A DNA stretch of 64,000 bases, from NCBI GenBank assembly GCA_963665125.2, contig CAXXUK010000001.1, positions 2,304,001 to 2,368,000 of the forward strand. Direction: 5' to 3'. The position numbers were made by a program, and so were the translations under genes. Below, piece after piece: positions 43,720-52,855 of this stretch. Source of the DNA: an uncultured Desulfarculus sp. (GTDB taxonomy: Bacteria > Desulfobacterota > Desulfarculia > Desulfarculales > Desulfarculaceae). The notes under the pieces were generated by a model that worked only from the letters and a program-made list of their open reading frames with translations, had not been told where the DNA came from and did no database searches. Position 1 is the stretch's first letter; each line of letters begins with the position of its first letter.

Positions 43720-43736
43720 GTGGCATGAATCTGGCT
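43720..43736 (+). promoter_or_regulatory. Sigma-54 promoter of amtB2-glnK2
   Basis: GTGGCATGAATCTGGCT (GG-N10-GC, weaker match). Confidence 0.65.
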
Positions 43737-43834
43737 AAAATCCCAAGCCCGACGACCCTACATAGGCTAGCCCCGCACCGGCCTCGCAAACCACGCGGGC
43801 AAGCCGCTACATACCCATGGCAGGAGGATGTGAT

Positions 43835-45061
43835 ATGGCCCCCCAGATCAACACGGGCGATACCGCATGGATCATGGTCTGCTGCTCGCTGGTCTTGATG
43901 ATGACCCCGGCGCTGGCCTTTTTCTATGGCGGCATGGTCCGCAAAAAAAACATTCTGAGCACCCTTACCCTGAGCATCGTCTTCATGGCCCTCATCGGCG
44001 TGCAATGGGTGCTCTACGGATACAGCCTGGCCTTTGGCCCGGACATCGGCGGTTTTATCGGCGGGCTGAACTTCATCGGCCTGGACGGCGTGGGCGCCGC
44101 CCCGGATCCCAACTACAGTTCGACCATTCCGGCCCAGCTATTCGCCACATTCCAAATGATGTTCGCGGTTATCACCCCGGCGCTGATCACCGGCGCCTTC
44201 GTGGAGCGGGTTCGTTTCAAAAGCTTTCTGCTTTTCGCCATTGCCTGGGCCACGCTGGTGTATGACCCGCTTTGCCACTGGGTCTGGGGCGTAGGCGGCT
44301 GGCTGCGCGAGATGGGCGTATTGGATTTCGCGGGCGGCACGGTGGTGCACATCTCGGCCGGATTCAGCGCCCTGGCCTTTGCCATGGCCATCGGCCCGCG
44401 CAAGGGCTTCGGCAGGGTGCCCATGGAGCCCCACAACATCCCCTATACGGTATTGGGCACCGGCCTGTTGTGGGTGGGCTGGTTCGGCTTCAACGCAGGC
44501 AGCGCCTTGGGCGCCAACGGCGTGGCCGTCAACGCCATCCTGACCACCAACACCTCGGGCGCCACCGCGGGCCTGGTCTGGATGATCCTAAGCTGGCTCG
44601 ACGGCCGCCCCTCGACCTTGGGTCTGGCCACGGGCATGGTCGTGGGCCTGGCCGCCGTGACCCCGGCCTCCGGGTTCGTAACCCCCATGGCCGCCATGGC
44701 CATCGGCGCAATAGCCGCGCCCATCAGCTATTATGCAATCCGTTTCCGGGAAAAACGCGGCCTGGATGAATCCCTGGACGTATGGGCCTGTCACGGCATG
44801 GCCTCCACCTGGGGCATGCTGGCCACGGGCCTGTGGGCCACCACCAAAGTCAACCCCGCCGGAGCAAACGGCCTGTTCCACGGCAATCCCGGTCAATTCG
44901 TGACCCAGCTTTGGGGCGTTATTGTCACCATGGTCTTCGCCTTTGTGGTAACTTTTGTCTTGGTCAAAATCCTTGACTGGAGCATCGGCCTGCGGGCCAC
45001 GGACGTTGAAGAGGAAGTCGGGCTTGACGTCAGCGCTCACGGTGAGCGAGCCTATTCCTAA
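43835..45061 (+). CDS. amtB: Ammonium transporter (copy 2)
   Basis: Same Amt motifs as copy 1; AGGAGG RBS before ATG 43835. Confidence 0.96.
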   Translation: MAPQINTGDTAWIMVCCSLVLMMTPALAFFYGGMVRKKNILSTLTLSIVFMALIGVQWVLYGYSLAFGPDIGGFIGGLNFIGLDGVGAAPDPNYSSTIPAQLFATFQMMFAVITPALITGAFVERVRFKSFLLFAIAWATLVYDPLCHWVWGVGGWLREMGVLDFAGGTVVHISAGFSALAFAMAIGPRKGFGRVPMEPHNIPYTVLGTGLLWVGWFGFNAGSALGANGVAVNAILTTNTSGATAGLVWMILSWLDGRPSTLGLATGMVVGLAAVTPASGFVTPMAAMAIGAIAAPISYYAIRFREKRGLDESLDVWACHGMASTWGMLATGLWATTKVNPAGANGLFHGNPGQFVTQLWGVIVTMVFAFVVTFVLVKILDWSIGLRATDVEEEVGLDVSAHGERAYS

Positions 45062-45082
45062 GAAGATGCGGAGGATCACACT

Positions 45083-45463
45083 ATGTTGAAAAAACTCGAA
45101 GCGATTATTCGCGAGGACAAGTTCAACGACGTCAAAGAGGCCCTGCGCGATTTGGGCATCGTGGGCATGAACGCTACCGAGATTCGCGGCCACGGCCGCC
45201 AGGGCGGCATCGAGCTGTCGGGCCGCTCGGGCACCTTCCACGTGGACATGCTGCCCAAGGTGCAGATAAACATCGTGCTCAGCGAACAAAACGTCGAGGA
45301 AGTCGTCAACACCATCGTCCATTCCGCCCGCACCGGCGAGGCCGGCGACGGCCTGATCTTCATCTATCCGGTGGACGAGGTCGTGCGCATCCGCACCGGC
45401 GAACGAGGCCGCGACGCGGTGATGTATCCCGGAGATATCGACGAAAGGCGCGGCAAGAAGTAG
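45083..45463 (+). CDS. glnK: P-II nitrogen regulatory protein (copy 2)
   Basis: 126 aa, closely similar to copy 1. Confidence 0.92.
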   Translation: MLKKLEAIIREDKFNDVKEALRDLGIVGMNATEIRGHGRQGGIELSGRSGTFHVDMLPKVQINIVLSEQNVEEVVNTIVHSARTGEAGDGLIFIYPVDEVVRIRTGERGRDAVMYPGDIDERRGKK

Positions 45464-45501
45464 CCTGCCTGTTGACCAAAGCGCTGCATCTCAAGTAATG
45501 T

Positions 45502-45543
45502 GCCGGGGACGGGGCCTGAACCCCGTCCCCGGCGCTTCTTTTT
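45502..45543 (+). terminator. Terminator after glnK2
   Basis: GCCGGGGACGGGG...CCCCGTCCCCGGC followed by gcTTCTTTTT. Confidence 0.78.
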
Positions 45544-45620
45544 GAACCGGCCCCTTAATAACAGCCGGGGGCCGAAATCTAAAACGGCGGCTGTCAGCTC
45601 ATTGCTCAAGGACGCAAGGC

Positions 45621-45926
45621 ATGCGTATTTCAAAATCGGTTTTGATCAATTCATTGGCGGCGCTGGTTCTGGTGGCGGCCGGCTATATGTTGGGCCAGGC
45701 CTTCCCGGCCAACACGGCCACGGCAAATCCACTTTGTTCTCGAACAGAAATTACCGGCGATTTAAAGATGCGGCAGGGTGACCAGGTTATGGTGTTTGTT
45801 GATGGGGCCCAACGCATGGTGCACTGCGGCCTTGCCAGCGGCTGCACCGCAGGCAAGGCGGCGATCAGGGTTAACAAAGCCGTCCGCACCAGCAACGGAG
45901 ACATACAATACACTATTTTTCAATAA
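45621..45926 (+). CDS. Small exported hypothetical protein
   Basis: 101 aa; AAGGA RBS; hydrophobic N-terminus ending NTATA; three Cys; followed by a hairpin at about 45972-46005. Confidence 0.6.
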   Translation: MRISKSVLINSLAALVLVAAGYMLGQAFPANTATANPLCSRTEITGDLKMRQGDQVMVFVDGAQRMVHCGLASGCTAGKAAIRVNKAVRTSNGDIQYTIFQ

Positions 45927-46200
45927 TCAAGGCTCGTTGGGCCAGCGGCACCCAAGCCAGAGAATAAAACTACCCCGCGCCCGGTCAGAGATGATCGGCG
46001 CGGGGTTTCCTTTGCCATTAGACCAGGCATTCGGACACGGATGTTTGACCTATACCCGGATATATGATTAATATACACGCCGTGAAGGTTGTTGATTCTT
46101 CATCGCGGATTCCTGCCTCCGCATTGCCAGCCAAGCCACGCAACTTTTACACATTGGCCCAACAGGCCCTTGTGTGAAATAAACACGTAATTACAGCAAG

Positions 46201-47463
46201 TTGATTTCAAGCGATGCTTTGAATTTGTTCGAAAAACATGCGGGGTTGTCTTTGAAAAAGCTGGCGCAATGGATTTGGGGTCTGGTCACCGTAGGCCTGT
46301 TTGTCAATTTGGCTATCGTCGGTGTCGACGAAGGCTTCGCCCTGACGGAACAATTCGGTCTGGCGGCCTTTTATTTCCTGTTGGCGGTTGTGATATTTTT
46401 CGTGGTCCGGGCAGGGTCTACGCTGCTGAAAAAGAAAACCCTGATCCACTCGCTTATGGTGGTCTGCGCCATAATCTGTTCGCTGATCCTGTTTGAGCTG
46501 ATCATGATTCCCTTTGACATCGTGTTCAGCTCATCCAATAGAAATGTCTACAATTTCGATGACCGCACCGCGATTATGCAGGTCAATGAACTGAAAAAAG
46601 CGGCCCTGGACATGCAAAGGGACGACGAACTGGGCTACAGGCCCAACACCGGCGGCGACAGCCTGTATGACGGTCACGGCGCATTCAAAAACGAATACAG
46701 CCTTGAAAAAGCCCCCGGCAACACACGGGTTTTGTTCATCGGCGACTCAATCGCGGCCATCGGCTATCTGAGCGCGGCGGTCAAGGGCCTGAACCAGGCC
46801 GGCGGCTATGAATACTGGAACATGGGCGTGCACGGCTATTCCACCAGGCAGGAGCTGAAATACTTCGAGCGCTACGGCCGCAAGCTCAGGCCCGACATCG
46901 TGATCCTGGAATTTTGCCTCAATGACTTTGACGGCACGCCGGTGGTGCTCAAGGATGAAAACGGCAAGACCATCGTCGCCAACCTTTACCTGGGCGAGGA
47001 GCACTTCAACTACTGGCTATACAAGCACTCCACCCTGTACAGGCTCTACCTGTCCCTGAAAGCCTCGGTCAGCGACCGCGCCGGGCTGGTGGAAGACGTC
47101 CGCAAAAACATCAAAAAAATGCAGCAGTACGCCCGGGAGGACGGCTTTGCCCTGCGGGTGGTCGTCTATCCCCTGCTGCTGGAATATGACCAGTGGCCCG
47201 AGTCCTACAAGACCCAGAGGCAAGACGCCGTGGCCCTGCTGAAGGACTTGGGCGTGGAGTTTTATGATGCCAATGATTTTGTGCAGGGGCAAATAAAGGC
47301 TCGTTCCAGGGATCATGTCCGCCTGGGCCGTGACGACCAGTTTCATCCCTCCAAGGCCCTGGCCAAAGATCTGGCCGGACAAATACTGGACGCCGGTTTT
47401 CTGGCAGCGCCCCAAGGCGAGCAGACCGCGAAAGACGACGGCACAGCGGCGAAGGGGCGGTAA
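46201..47463 (+). CDS. Membrane-anchored SGNH/GDSL hydrolase family protein
   Basis: Three N-terminal TM segments; FIGDSIA (block I), NMGVHGYST (II), FCLNDF (III), DQFHPS (V); start uncertain. Confidence 0.8.
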   Translation: MISSDALNLFEKHAGLSLKKLAQWIWGLVTVGLFVNLAIVGVDEGFALTEQFGLAAFYFLLAVVIFFVVRAGSTLLKKKTLIHSLMVVCAIICSLILFELIMIPFDIVFSSSNRNVYNFDDRTAIMQVNELKKAALDMQRDDELGYRPNTGGDSLYDGHGAFKNEYSLEKAPGNTRVLFIGDSIAAIGYLSAAVKGLNQAGGYEYWNMGVHGYSTRQELKYFERYGRKLRPDIVILEFCLNDFDGTPVVLKDENGKTIVANLYLGEEHFNYWLYKHSTLYRLYLSLKASVSDRAGLVEDVRKNIKKMQQYAREDGFALRVVVYPLLLEYDQWPESYKTQRQDAVALLKDLGVEFYDANDFVQGQIKARSRDHVRLGRDDQFHPSKALAKDLAGQILDAGFLAAPQGEQTAKDDGTAAKGR

Positions 47464-47597
47464 GGGCGGCATCCGGTCCTCAGATGGCCGAGCGTGGGTT
47501 ACACTTACACTGTTCAACCAACCCATTATTGACCAATTACTTAAAACGAAGCTATATTACTTAAAAATAATAACAAAACGACATACTGGAAACTGTA

Positions 47598-48719
47598 ATG
47601 CCAGATGATAAGACTATAGAGTTCTTGAGATATAAAGACTTTATACTTGCCGAAGAGTTAGGAAAAGGAGCCTGTGGTAAAACTGTTTTATTATATGATG
47701 AAACAATAGAAGAAAGCTTCGTATGTAAAAAATATTGCCCATATTCTGAATCTAATCGAGAAAATTTATTTAATAATTTCATTCGTGAAATAAAGCTATT
47801 ACACCATGTATTTCACCAAAATATCGTTCGCTTTTTTAGTTATTATTTGTACCCAACCAAATACTCTGGGTATATTATTATGGAGTATGTAGACGGATTT
47901 GACATTCAAGATTATCTTCTTTCAAACCCTAGCAATGTTGACAACATATTTAAACAAACAATTAATGGATTTGCGTATTTAGAATCCAAGAAAATACTTC
48001 ATAGGGATATCAGGGTCTCAAATATATTGGTTACAAAGGACCATCAGGTAAAAATAATTGACTTTGGATTTGGGAAAAAGATTGAAAGAAAATTAGACTT
48101 TAACAAAAGTATTAGCCTGAACTGGTGGTGCGAACTACCAAATGAATTTAATGATTCTTTATACGATTTTAAAACAGAAGTATATTTTATTGGGAAGCTG
48201 TTTGAAAAATGTATTCGTGACTACTCTATTGAATCGTTTAGCTACAAAGACATTTTATTGCGTATGTGTGCCAAAGACCCTGATAATAGAATCAACAGCT
48301 TTTTTGATGTTGAAAAGGAAACTCTAAGTAAAAATTCATCCAACATCAACATATCAGAGTACGATGCCCATACATATCGCCGCTTTGCAGAATCGCTTAG
48401 CGAACACATTAGTCGGGTTGAATACGGTACCAAATACCACGACGATCCTTCCAAAATAGAGGAGCAATTAGATTCAGCATTCAGAAAGTGTATGCTTGAA
48501 GAATTTGTGCCCGATTGTGTGATAATCATTAGATGTTTCATAGACGGCGCATACTATTACAAGAAAACTGGTTTTCCAGTGGATGATCTTAATGGATTTA
48601 TCGGCGTCTTTAAATCATCATCGCTTGAGAAAAAGAGAATCATATTAGCCAACCTTCACACTAGACTTGATTCTCTCCCCCGCTATTCTGAGCAGTCAGA
48701 CGACGATATTCCATTTTAG
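47598..48719 (+). CDS. Hanks-type Ser/Thr protein kinase, AT-rich and probably horizontally acquired
   Basis: ELGKGACGKT Gly loop, VCKK lysine, FIREIKLL alphaC Glu, LHRDIRVSNIL, IIDFGFG; composition far more AT-rich than the flanks. Confidence 0.9.
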   Translation: MPDDKTIEFLRYKDFILAEELGKGACGKTVLLYDETIEESFVCKKYCPYSESNRENLFNNFIREIKLLHHVFHQNIVRFFSYYLYPTKYSGYIIMEYVDGFDIQDYLLSNPSNVDNIFKQTINGFAYLESKKILHRDIRVSNILVTKDHQVKIIDFGFGKKIERKLDFNKSISLNWWCELPNEFNDSLYDFKTEVYFIGKLFEKCIRDYSIESFSYKDILLRMCAKDPDNRINSFFDVEKETLSKNSSNINISEYDAHTYRRFAESLSEHISRVEYGTKYHDDPSKIEEQLDSAFRKCMLEEFVPDCVIIIRCFIDGAYYYKKTGFPVDDLNGFIGVFKSSSLEKKRIILANLHTRLDSLPRYSEQSDDDIPF

Positions 48720-48922
48720 CCTTTTAACTGATTTTCCGATATGTTAATAACTCACTAAACTCACCCTTGCTGCTTTGACGCTGGCTTTTCCACTGCCCCG
48801 GCCCCGGCATAATGCCGCCAAGAACTTTAATATTTTTCATACAGCCAAGGGAGATGCGGCCATGCGCAAATTCAGCGGCAACTGCGCCTATGAATGGGGC
48901 CTGCTCAACGCTCGGCGCAAGG

Positions 48923-48957
48923 AAAACGCCCGGCCTCCATCGCGGAAGCCGGGCGCC
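48923..48957 (-). terminator. Terminator of cbiK (periplasmic)
   Basis: Minus strand CGCCCGGCTTCC-GCGAT-GGAGGCCGGGCG followed by TTTT. Confidence 0.65.
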
Positions 48958-48977
48958 TGAACCAAATCAACAGACCG

Positions 48978-49877
48978 TTAGTGGTGTCCGCCCTCAATGG
49001 CGGCCTTGGCGTGGGCCACGTATATGGCCACGACCGCCGGGTTGGCGGTGATGGGCTCCAGCACGCACTGGGTCTGGATGCCCGCCTTGTTCAGCACGCT
49101 CTTCCAAGAGTCGGGCTCGTCACCGGCCATGTCATTGGTGGCGTGGTCGCCGGCCACGGTCATGAACGGCACTAAATAGGCCTTTTTGACCTTGGCGGCC
49201 TTGAGCAAGGCCACGATGTCATCCAAGCTGGGATAGCCCTCCACCGTGCCCATGAACAGCGGCGCGTGGCCCTGGCCCAGGATATAAGCCATGGCCGGAT
49301 AGACCACACCGGCCGGGTGGTGGGTGCCGTGGCCCATGTAGACCACGGCCTCGCCCCCCGCAAGCTTGGCGGGCGGGGATTTTTTGAGGATATCGGCAAC
49401 GTCCTTCAGGTCGTCTGTGGTGCTGCACAGGGGCATGCCCAGGCGCACCATGAAGCAGCCGCCCATGACCTTGAAGCCTTCCACCACGGCCACCAGGTCA
49501 TGAAATTCCGCACCGGGGATCACGTGCAGCGACTGGACGATGACCTTGTTGTAGCCTTGGTCCCGCAGCGTGGCCAGGGCCTCGGCAGGCGACTGCCAGG
49601 TCTTGCCCTGTTTTTCGGCCACGATGCGGCGCACGATCTTGGAAGTAAAGGCCCAGCGAATCTCCACGCCGGGGAAGGCCTTCTTGAAGGCCGCGTCCAC
49701 GCCGTCAAACACGGCCTGGGCCTTGGGGATGCTGGTGCCGAAGCTCACCAGGAGGATGGCCTGTTTGGCCTCGGCCGGTTTTTTGGCGTGTTCGGCATTG
49801 GCCAGGGCGGGCATCGCCCCGATCAATACTGCCAGGGTCAGGGCCAGGAAAAGATGACGGATCTTGATGGCATGCAT
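48978..49877 (-). CDS. cbiK: Sirohydrochlorin cobaltochelatase CbiK with signal peptide (periplasmic type)
   Basis: Signal peptide ..MPALANA; ILLVSFGTS, QSLHVIPGAEFH, YMGHGTHH, GTVEGYP, PFMTVAGDHATNDMAG; B12 riboswitch upstream. Confidence 0.92.
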   Translation of the reverse strand: MHAIKIRHLFLALTLAVLIGAMPALANAEHAKKPAEAKQAILLVSFGTSIPKAQAVFDGVDAAFKKAFPGVEIRWAFTSKIVRRIVAEKQGKTWQSPAEALATLRDQGYNKVIVQSLHVIPGAEFHDLVAVVEGFKVMGGCFMVRLGMPLCSTTDDLKDVADILKKSPPAKLAGGEAVVYMGHGTHHPAGVVYPAMAYILGQGHAPLFMGTVEGYPSLDDIVALLKAAKVKKAYLVPFMTVAGDHATNDMAGDEPDSWKSVLNKAGIQTQCVLEPITANPAVVAIYVAHAKAAIEGGHH

Positions 49878-50004
49878 GATGCTGCTCCTCCGACCCCCGG
49901 AGGGATTACCGCACCCCGGAGGCCATTAGCCCCCGGTTCTGCACCCTTTTTCTTCGAAACCAGGGAGCGGTTCCGGCCTTACCCGAGCCGGGTCCGCATG
50001 TTTT

Positions 50005-50170
50005 GGGCCACCGGGCAGGTCTTCTGGCTTCCGGGTCATCCGAGGCTCCCGCGCCTTCCCGCCCGTGGGGGCAGTGGCCTTGTGGGGGCTCGTCTCCGGT
50101 TACAGCGGCGGGACCGCGACGGACTTGCACCGTCTTCCCTATTAAGCGCCCATGGCGCCCGGTGGTGATT
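50005..50170 (-). ncRNA. Cobalamin (B12) riboswitch
   Basis: Minus strand AATAGGGAAGACGGTGCAAGTCCGTCGCGGTCCCGCCGCTGTAA...GCCACTG...GGGAAGGCG...AAGCCAGAAGACCTGCC: all hallmark B12-element blocks; upstream of cbiK. Confidence 0.95.
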
Positions 50171-50221
50171 TGGGGCATCATATAGCCGATGGCCTTCTGG
50201 TTGAAGTAAAAAACCGCCCTG

Positions 50222-50974
50222 TTACTCGCCGAACCCGCCGATCCGCTTGGCGGCCCCGGTCATCTCGAAAGGCGTCTCAAGCTCGCGTCTGGCGGCGGCG
50301 GCCCAGGCGTCGCGTATGCCCTGCACATAGAGCTGCTTGTGGGCGGCCACGGCGTGGGGGTCGTTGGCCATGATGCCCTGGGCCAGATATCGCGCCGAGG
50401 CCTCCAGCTCGCCCTTGGGCACGCACTGGCAGGCCAAGCCGATGCGCACGGCCTCTTCCGCAAGCACCGTGCGCGACGTATAGGTCATTTCCTGGGCCTT
50501 TAGCCAGCCCACCCGGGCGGGCAGCCGATAGCTCATGCCCCAGAGGCAACGCAGGCCCCATTTGGTGTGGGTGTCGCCGAACTTGGCCTTTTCCGAGGCT
50601 ATGATCAGGTCGCAGCCCAGGGCCAGTTCCAGCCCGCCGGTTAGGCAATAGCCGTTCACGGCGCCGATGATGATCTTGGGCATATCGGCCATGGCCTCGA
50701 TGAGCGCCCGCGCGGGCTTGTGCAGGACCTCCTCGGCGTCAACGCCTTGGGTGAGTTGCTCGGTCATGGCCACCAGATCCACGCCCGCACAAAAGGCCCG
50801 CCCCGCCCCGGTGAGGATTATCACGCTCACATTGCGGTCGGCGGCGGCCTGGTCCAGGGCCTGCCTGGCCTCGGTGAGCAGCAGCGGGGTGATGGAGTTG
50901 AGGGCATCGGGCCGGTTCAGGGTGATGGTGGCGATCAGATCTTTCACTTCATACAAAATCGTATCAAAGGGCAT
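50222..50974 (-). CDS. Enoyl-CoA hydratase/isomerase (crotonase) family protein
   Basis: ITLNRPDALNS, AFCAGVDL, GAVNGYCLTGGLELALGCDL. Confidence 0.9.
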   Translation of the reverse strand: MPFDTILYEVKDLIATITLNRPDALNSITPLLLTEARQALDQAAADRNVSVIILTGAGRAFCAGVDLVAMTEQLTQGVDAEEVLHKPARALIEAMADMPKIIIGAVNGYCLTGGLELALGCDLIIASEKAKFGDTHTKWGLRCLWGMSYRLPARVGWLKAQEMTYTSRTVLAEEAVRIGLACQCVPKGELEASARYLAQGIMANDPHAVAAHKQLYVQGIRDAWAAAARRELETPFEMTGAAKRIGGFGE

Positions 50975-50999
50975 GGGTGCTCCTTTCGCTGGGGCGCGT

Positions 51000-51665
51000 C
51001 TACCATAACCAAGGTACGAGCCGATAGCGCGTCTTATGGGTATAGGCCGCGTAGCCCGCCAGTTCTCCCATTAAAGTTCGGTCTTCGCGGAACGTGCGCC
51101 ATATGAACAGTGCGGCGATCAGGCCCGCCGGAACAAAGGTCCACAAGGAGCCCAGCATCAGTGGCGTGGCCAGGGTGCCAAATATAACCCCTGTATATCC
51201 GGGATGGCGCACGACGGCGTAGGGACCAGAGGAAACAACGCTGTGGCCGCGCTCGGTCTGGATGCGCACGAATTGCTCGAAGTAGCGGTTTTCCAGCATG
51301 GCCCACGCGGCAAGGGCCATGGACAAGGCCATTATGGCCAGGCCCGGCCAAAACCAGCCCCAGGTCGGGGATGACCACCGGTAGCCCACAGCGTCGAAAC
51401 CGGCGATCAGGGGTGTCAGGAACGGCAACGCCAGCCATGGCGGGAAAAAGACCTTGTCAAAGTCTTTCATGTCCCGGCGGGGGTGGGAGCGCTGCCTGAG
51501 AAGATCCGGTGCCTTGACGGCCAATAGAACCATGGTGCAGCCTTCCATGACCAGCACGGCCAACAGATAGGCCCAGGCCCTGGTCCAGTGAATGGTCCCC
51601 GCCGAGCCGAAGAAGATGCCCCCGAAGATAATCAGGAGCCCCAGTCTCTGGATCGCGTAACGCAT
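51000..51665 (-). CDS. Isoprenylcysteine carboxyl methyltransferase (ICMT/PEMT) family membrane protein
   Basis: Multiple TM segments; HSVVSSGPYAVVRHPGY, RT..EDRTL..EL.GYAAY...YRLVP. Confidence 0.87.
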   Translation of the reverse strand: MRYAIQRLGLLIIFGGIFFGSAGTIHWTRAWAYLLAVLVMEGCTMVLLAVKAPDLLRQRSHPRRDMKDFDKVFFPPWLALPFLTPLIAGFDAVGYRWSSPTWGWFWPGLAIMALSMALAAWAMLENRYFEQFVRIQTERGHSVVSSGPYAVVRHPGYTGVIFGTLATPLMLGSLWTFVPAGLIAALFIWRTFREDRTLMGELAGYAAYTHKTRYRLVPWLW

Positions 51666-51705
51666 GTCCCCCCCTTGGCCGCGAATCTGACAACGCTACG
51701 CCACT

Positions 51706-52731
51706 CTACTCCAGGCCGAACCTGTCCCGCAAGCGGGCCGAAAGATTCCTTACCACACCAAAGGCCTTTTCCACGGTCTTTTCGCCGTCCGGGTTGACCA
51801 GGCAGCAGGTGGCCGGGGAGATAAGGCTGCGGGCCAACATGTGCTCCCGGTCTATTCCCTTGGCCCATAGCCGCTCCCAGACCTGCACCAGCATGTCCTC
51901 AAGGTCGTTGGCGCTGTTGTCCAGAAACGGCTCGAAATTGGTGGGCACTATGCCCCAGCTGAGTACGCCGCCTTTGTCCAGGAACCGCTGCACGCTCTTG
52001 GCGTAGGAGCCGAATATCTCGCCGTTGCTGAAGGCATCCAGCGAGAGGATGTCCATGTCCAGGCCCAGCAGAAAATCCCAGTCCGGATTGCCGCACAGAT
52101 GCACGCCCCGGGGCCGTTCGATGAGCGAAAAGAACATTTCCATGTCGCCCTTGGCCGCAGTGTCGCTGTAGCCGCTCAGGGCGCTGAACAAAAATTGCAG
52201 GCCCGGTTCGTCCACGTACATGAAGGCGTTGGGGTTCATGGCCCTTAGCCGCTTGAGCTGCACATTGACCCGGCGGGCCATGATCTCGAACATCAGGGGC
52301 CGGACCATGTCGTCAAACAGGATGGGCCTGTCGTTTTCGTCTTTTACATTGAAACCGAAGCTAACGGGCCCTTCCAACTGCCCCCGGATGGCCGGGCGCG
52401 CCGAGAGATCCATATCCAGGAACTTGTGATAGACAACTGAATATTGAGGCGAGATGTCAAAGTAATCCGGCTCGTCCAGGTGGGCCAAAACAGCCTCGTA
52501 TTCTTCCATGAATTTGGCATGGTCAAAGCCAAGATGTTGATTTTCCAGGTCCAGGACGATGCCCGGAAAATGCTCCGAGGCCTGAACATACATGTCTTCA
52601 TAGTAGTTGACCCGCGGTAGTTGAGGCCAAAACGGAATATCCAGGCTCAGGGCCATTTCAAGGGCCCGGTCAACATTGGTATGGGGCATGACGGCCATGG
52701 CCGTGGTCAGCAAATTGCCGGGAATGGGCAT
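51706..52731 (-). CDS. Core (folate-independent) methionine synthase-like protein, MesB-type UROD/MetE barrel
   Basis: PFWPQLP..EDMYVQ..FPG, RGQLEGPVSF, VDEPGL, GVHLCGNPDW, ILSLDA, WGIVPT, SPATCC; no N-terminal MetE domain. Confidence 0.65.
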   Translation of the reverse strand: MPIPGNLLTTAMAVMPHTNVDRALEMALSLDIPFWPQLPRVNYYEDMYVQASEHFPGIVLDLENQHLGFDHAKFMEEYEAVLAHLDEPDYFDISPQYSVVYHKFLDMDLSARPAIRGQLEGPVSFGFNVKDENDRPILFDDMVRPLMFEIMARRVNVQLKRLRAMNPNAFMYVDEPGLQFLFSALSGYSDTAAKGDMEMFFSLIERPRGVHLCGNPDWDFLLGLDMDILSLDAFSNGEIFGSYAKSVQRFLDKGGVLSWGIVPTNFEPFLDNSANDLEDMLVQVWERLWAKGIDREHMLARSLISPATCCLVNPDGEKTVEKAFGVVRNLSARLRDRFGLE

Positions 52732-52820
52732 ATCCCGATCCTTGTGGCGTTGTTTAAATTGATTTTCATAGTCTAGCGCATATTGGGGGTTGTACGGCGA
52801 ATTTAGGGTGTGCTATTTTC

Positions 52821-52836
52821 TCCATCAATCGATGGA
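52821..52836. promoter_or_regulatory. Putative TetR operator
   Basis: TCCATC-AATC-GATGGA inverted repeat about 20 bp before the tetR start. Confidence 0.55.
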
Positions 52837-52855
52837 ATACTTTGATGGAGAACCA

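Noticed and set aside
47490..48790. Integron cassette or IS boundaries around the kinase
   Set aside because: No convincing attC, terminal inverted repeats or target duplication seen by eye
48862..48960. 32-aa ORF MRKFSGNCAYEWG... after the kinase
   Set aside because: It has a weak RBS but runs into the cbiK terminator hairpin; too little evidence to call
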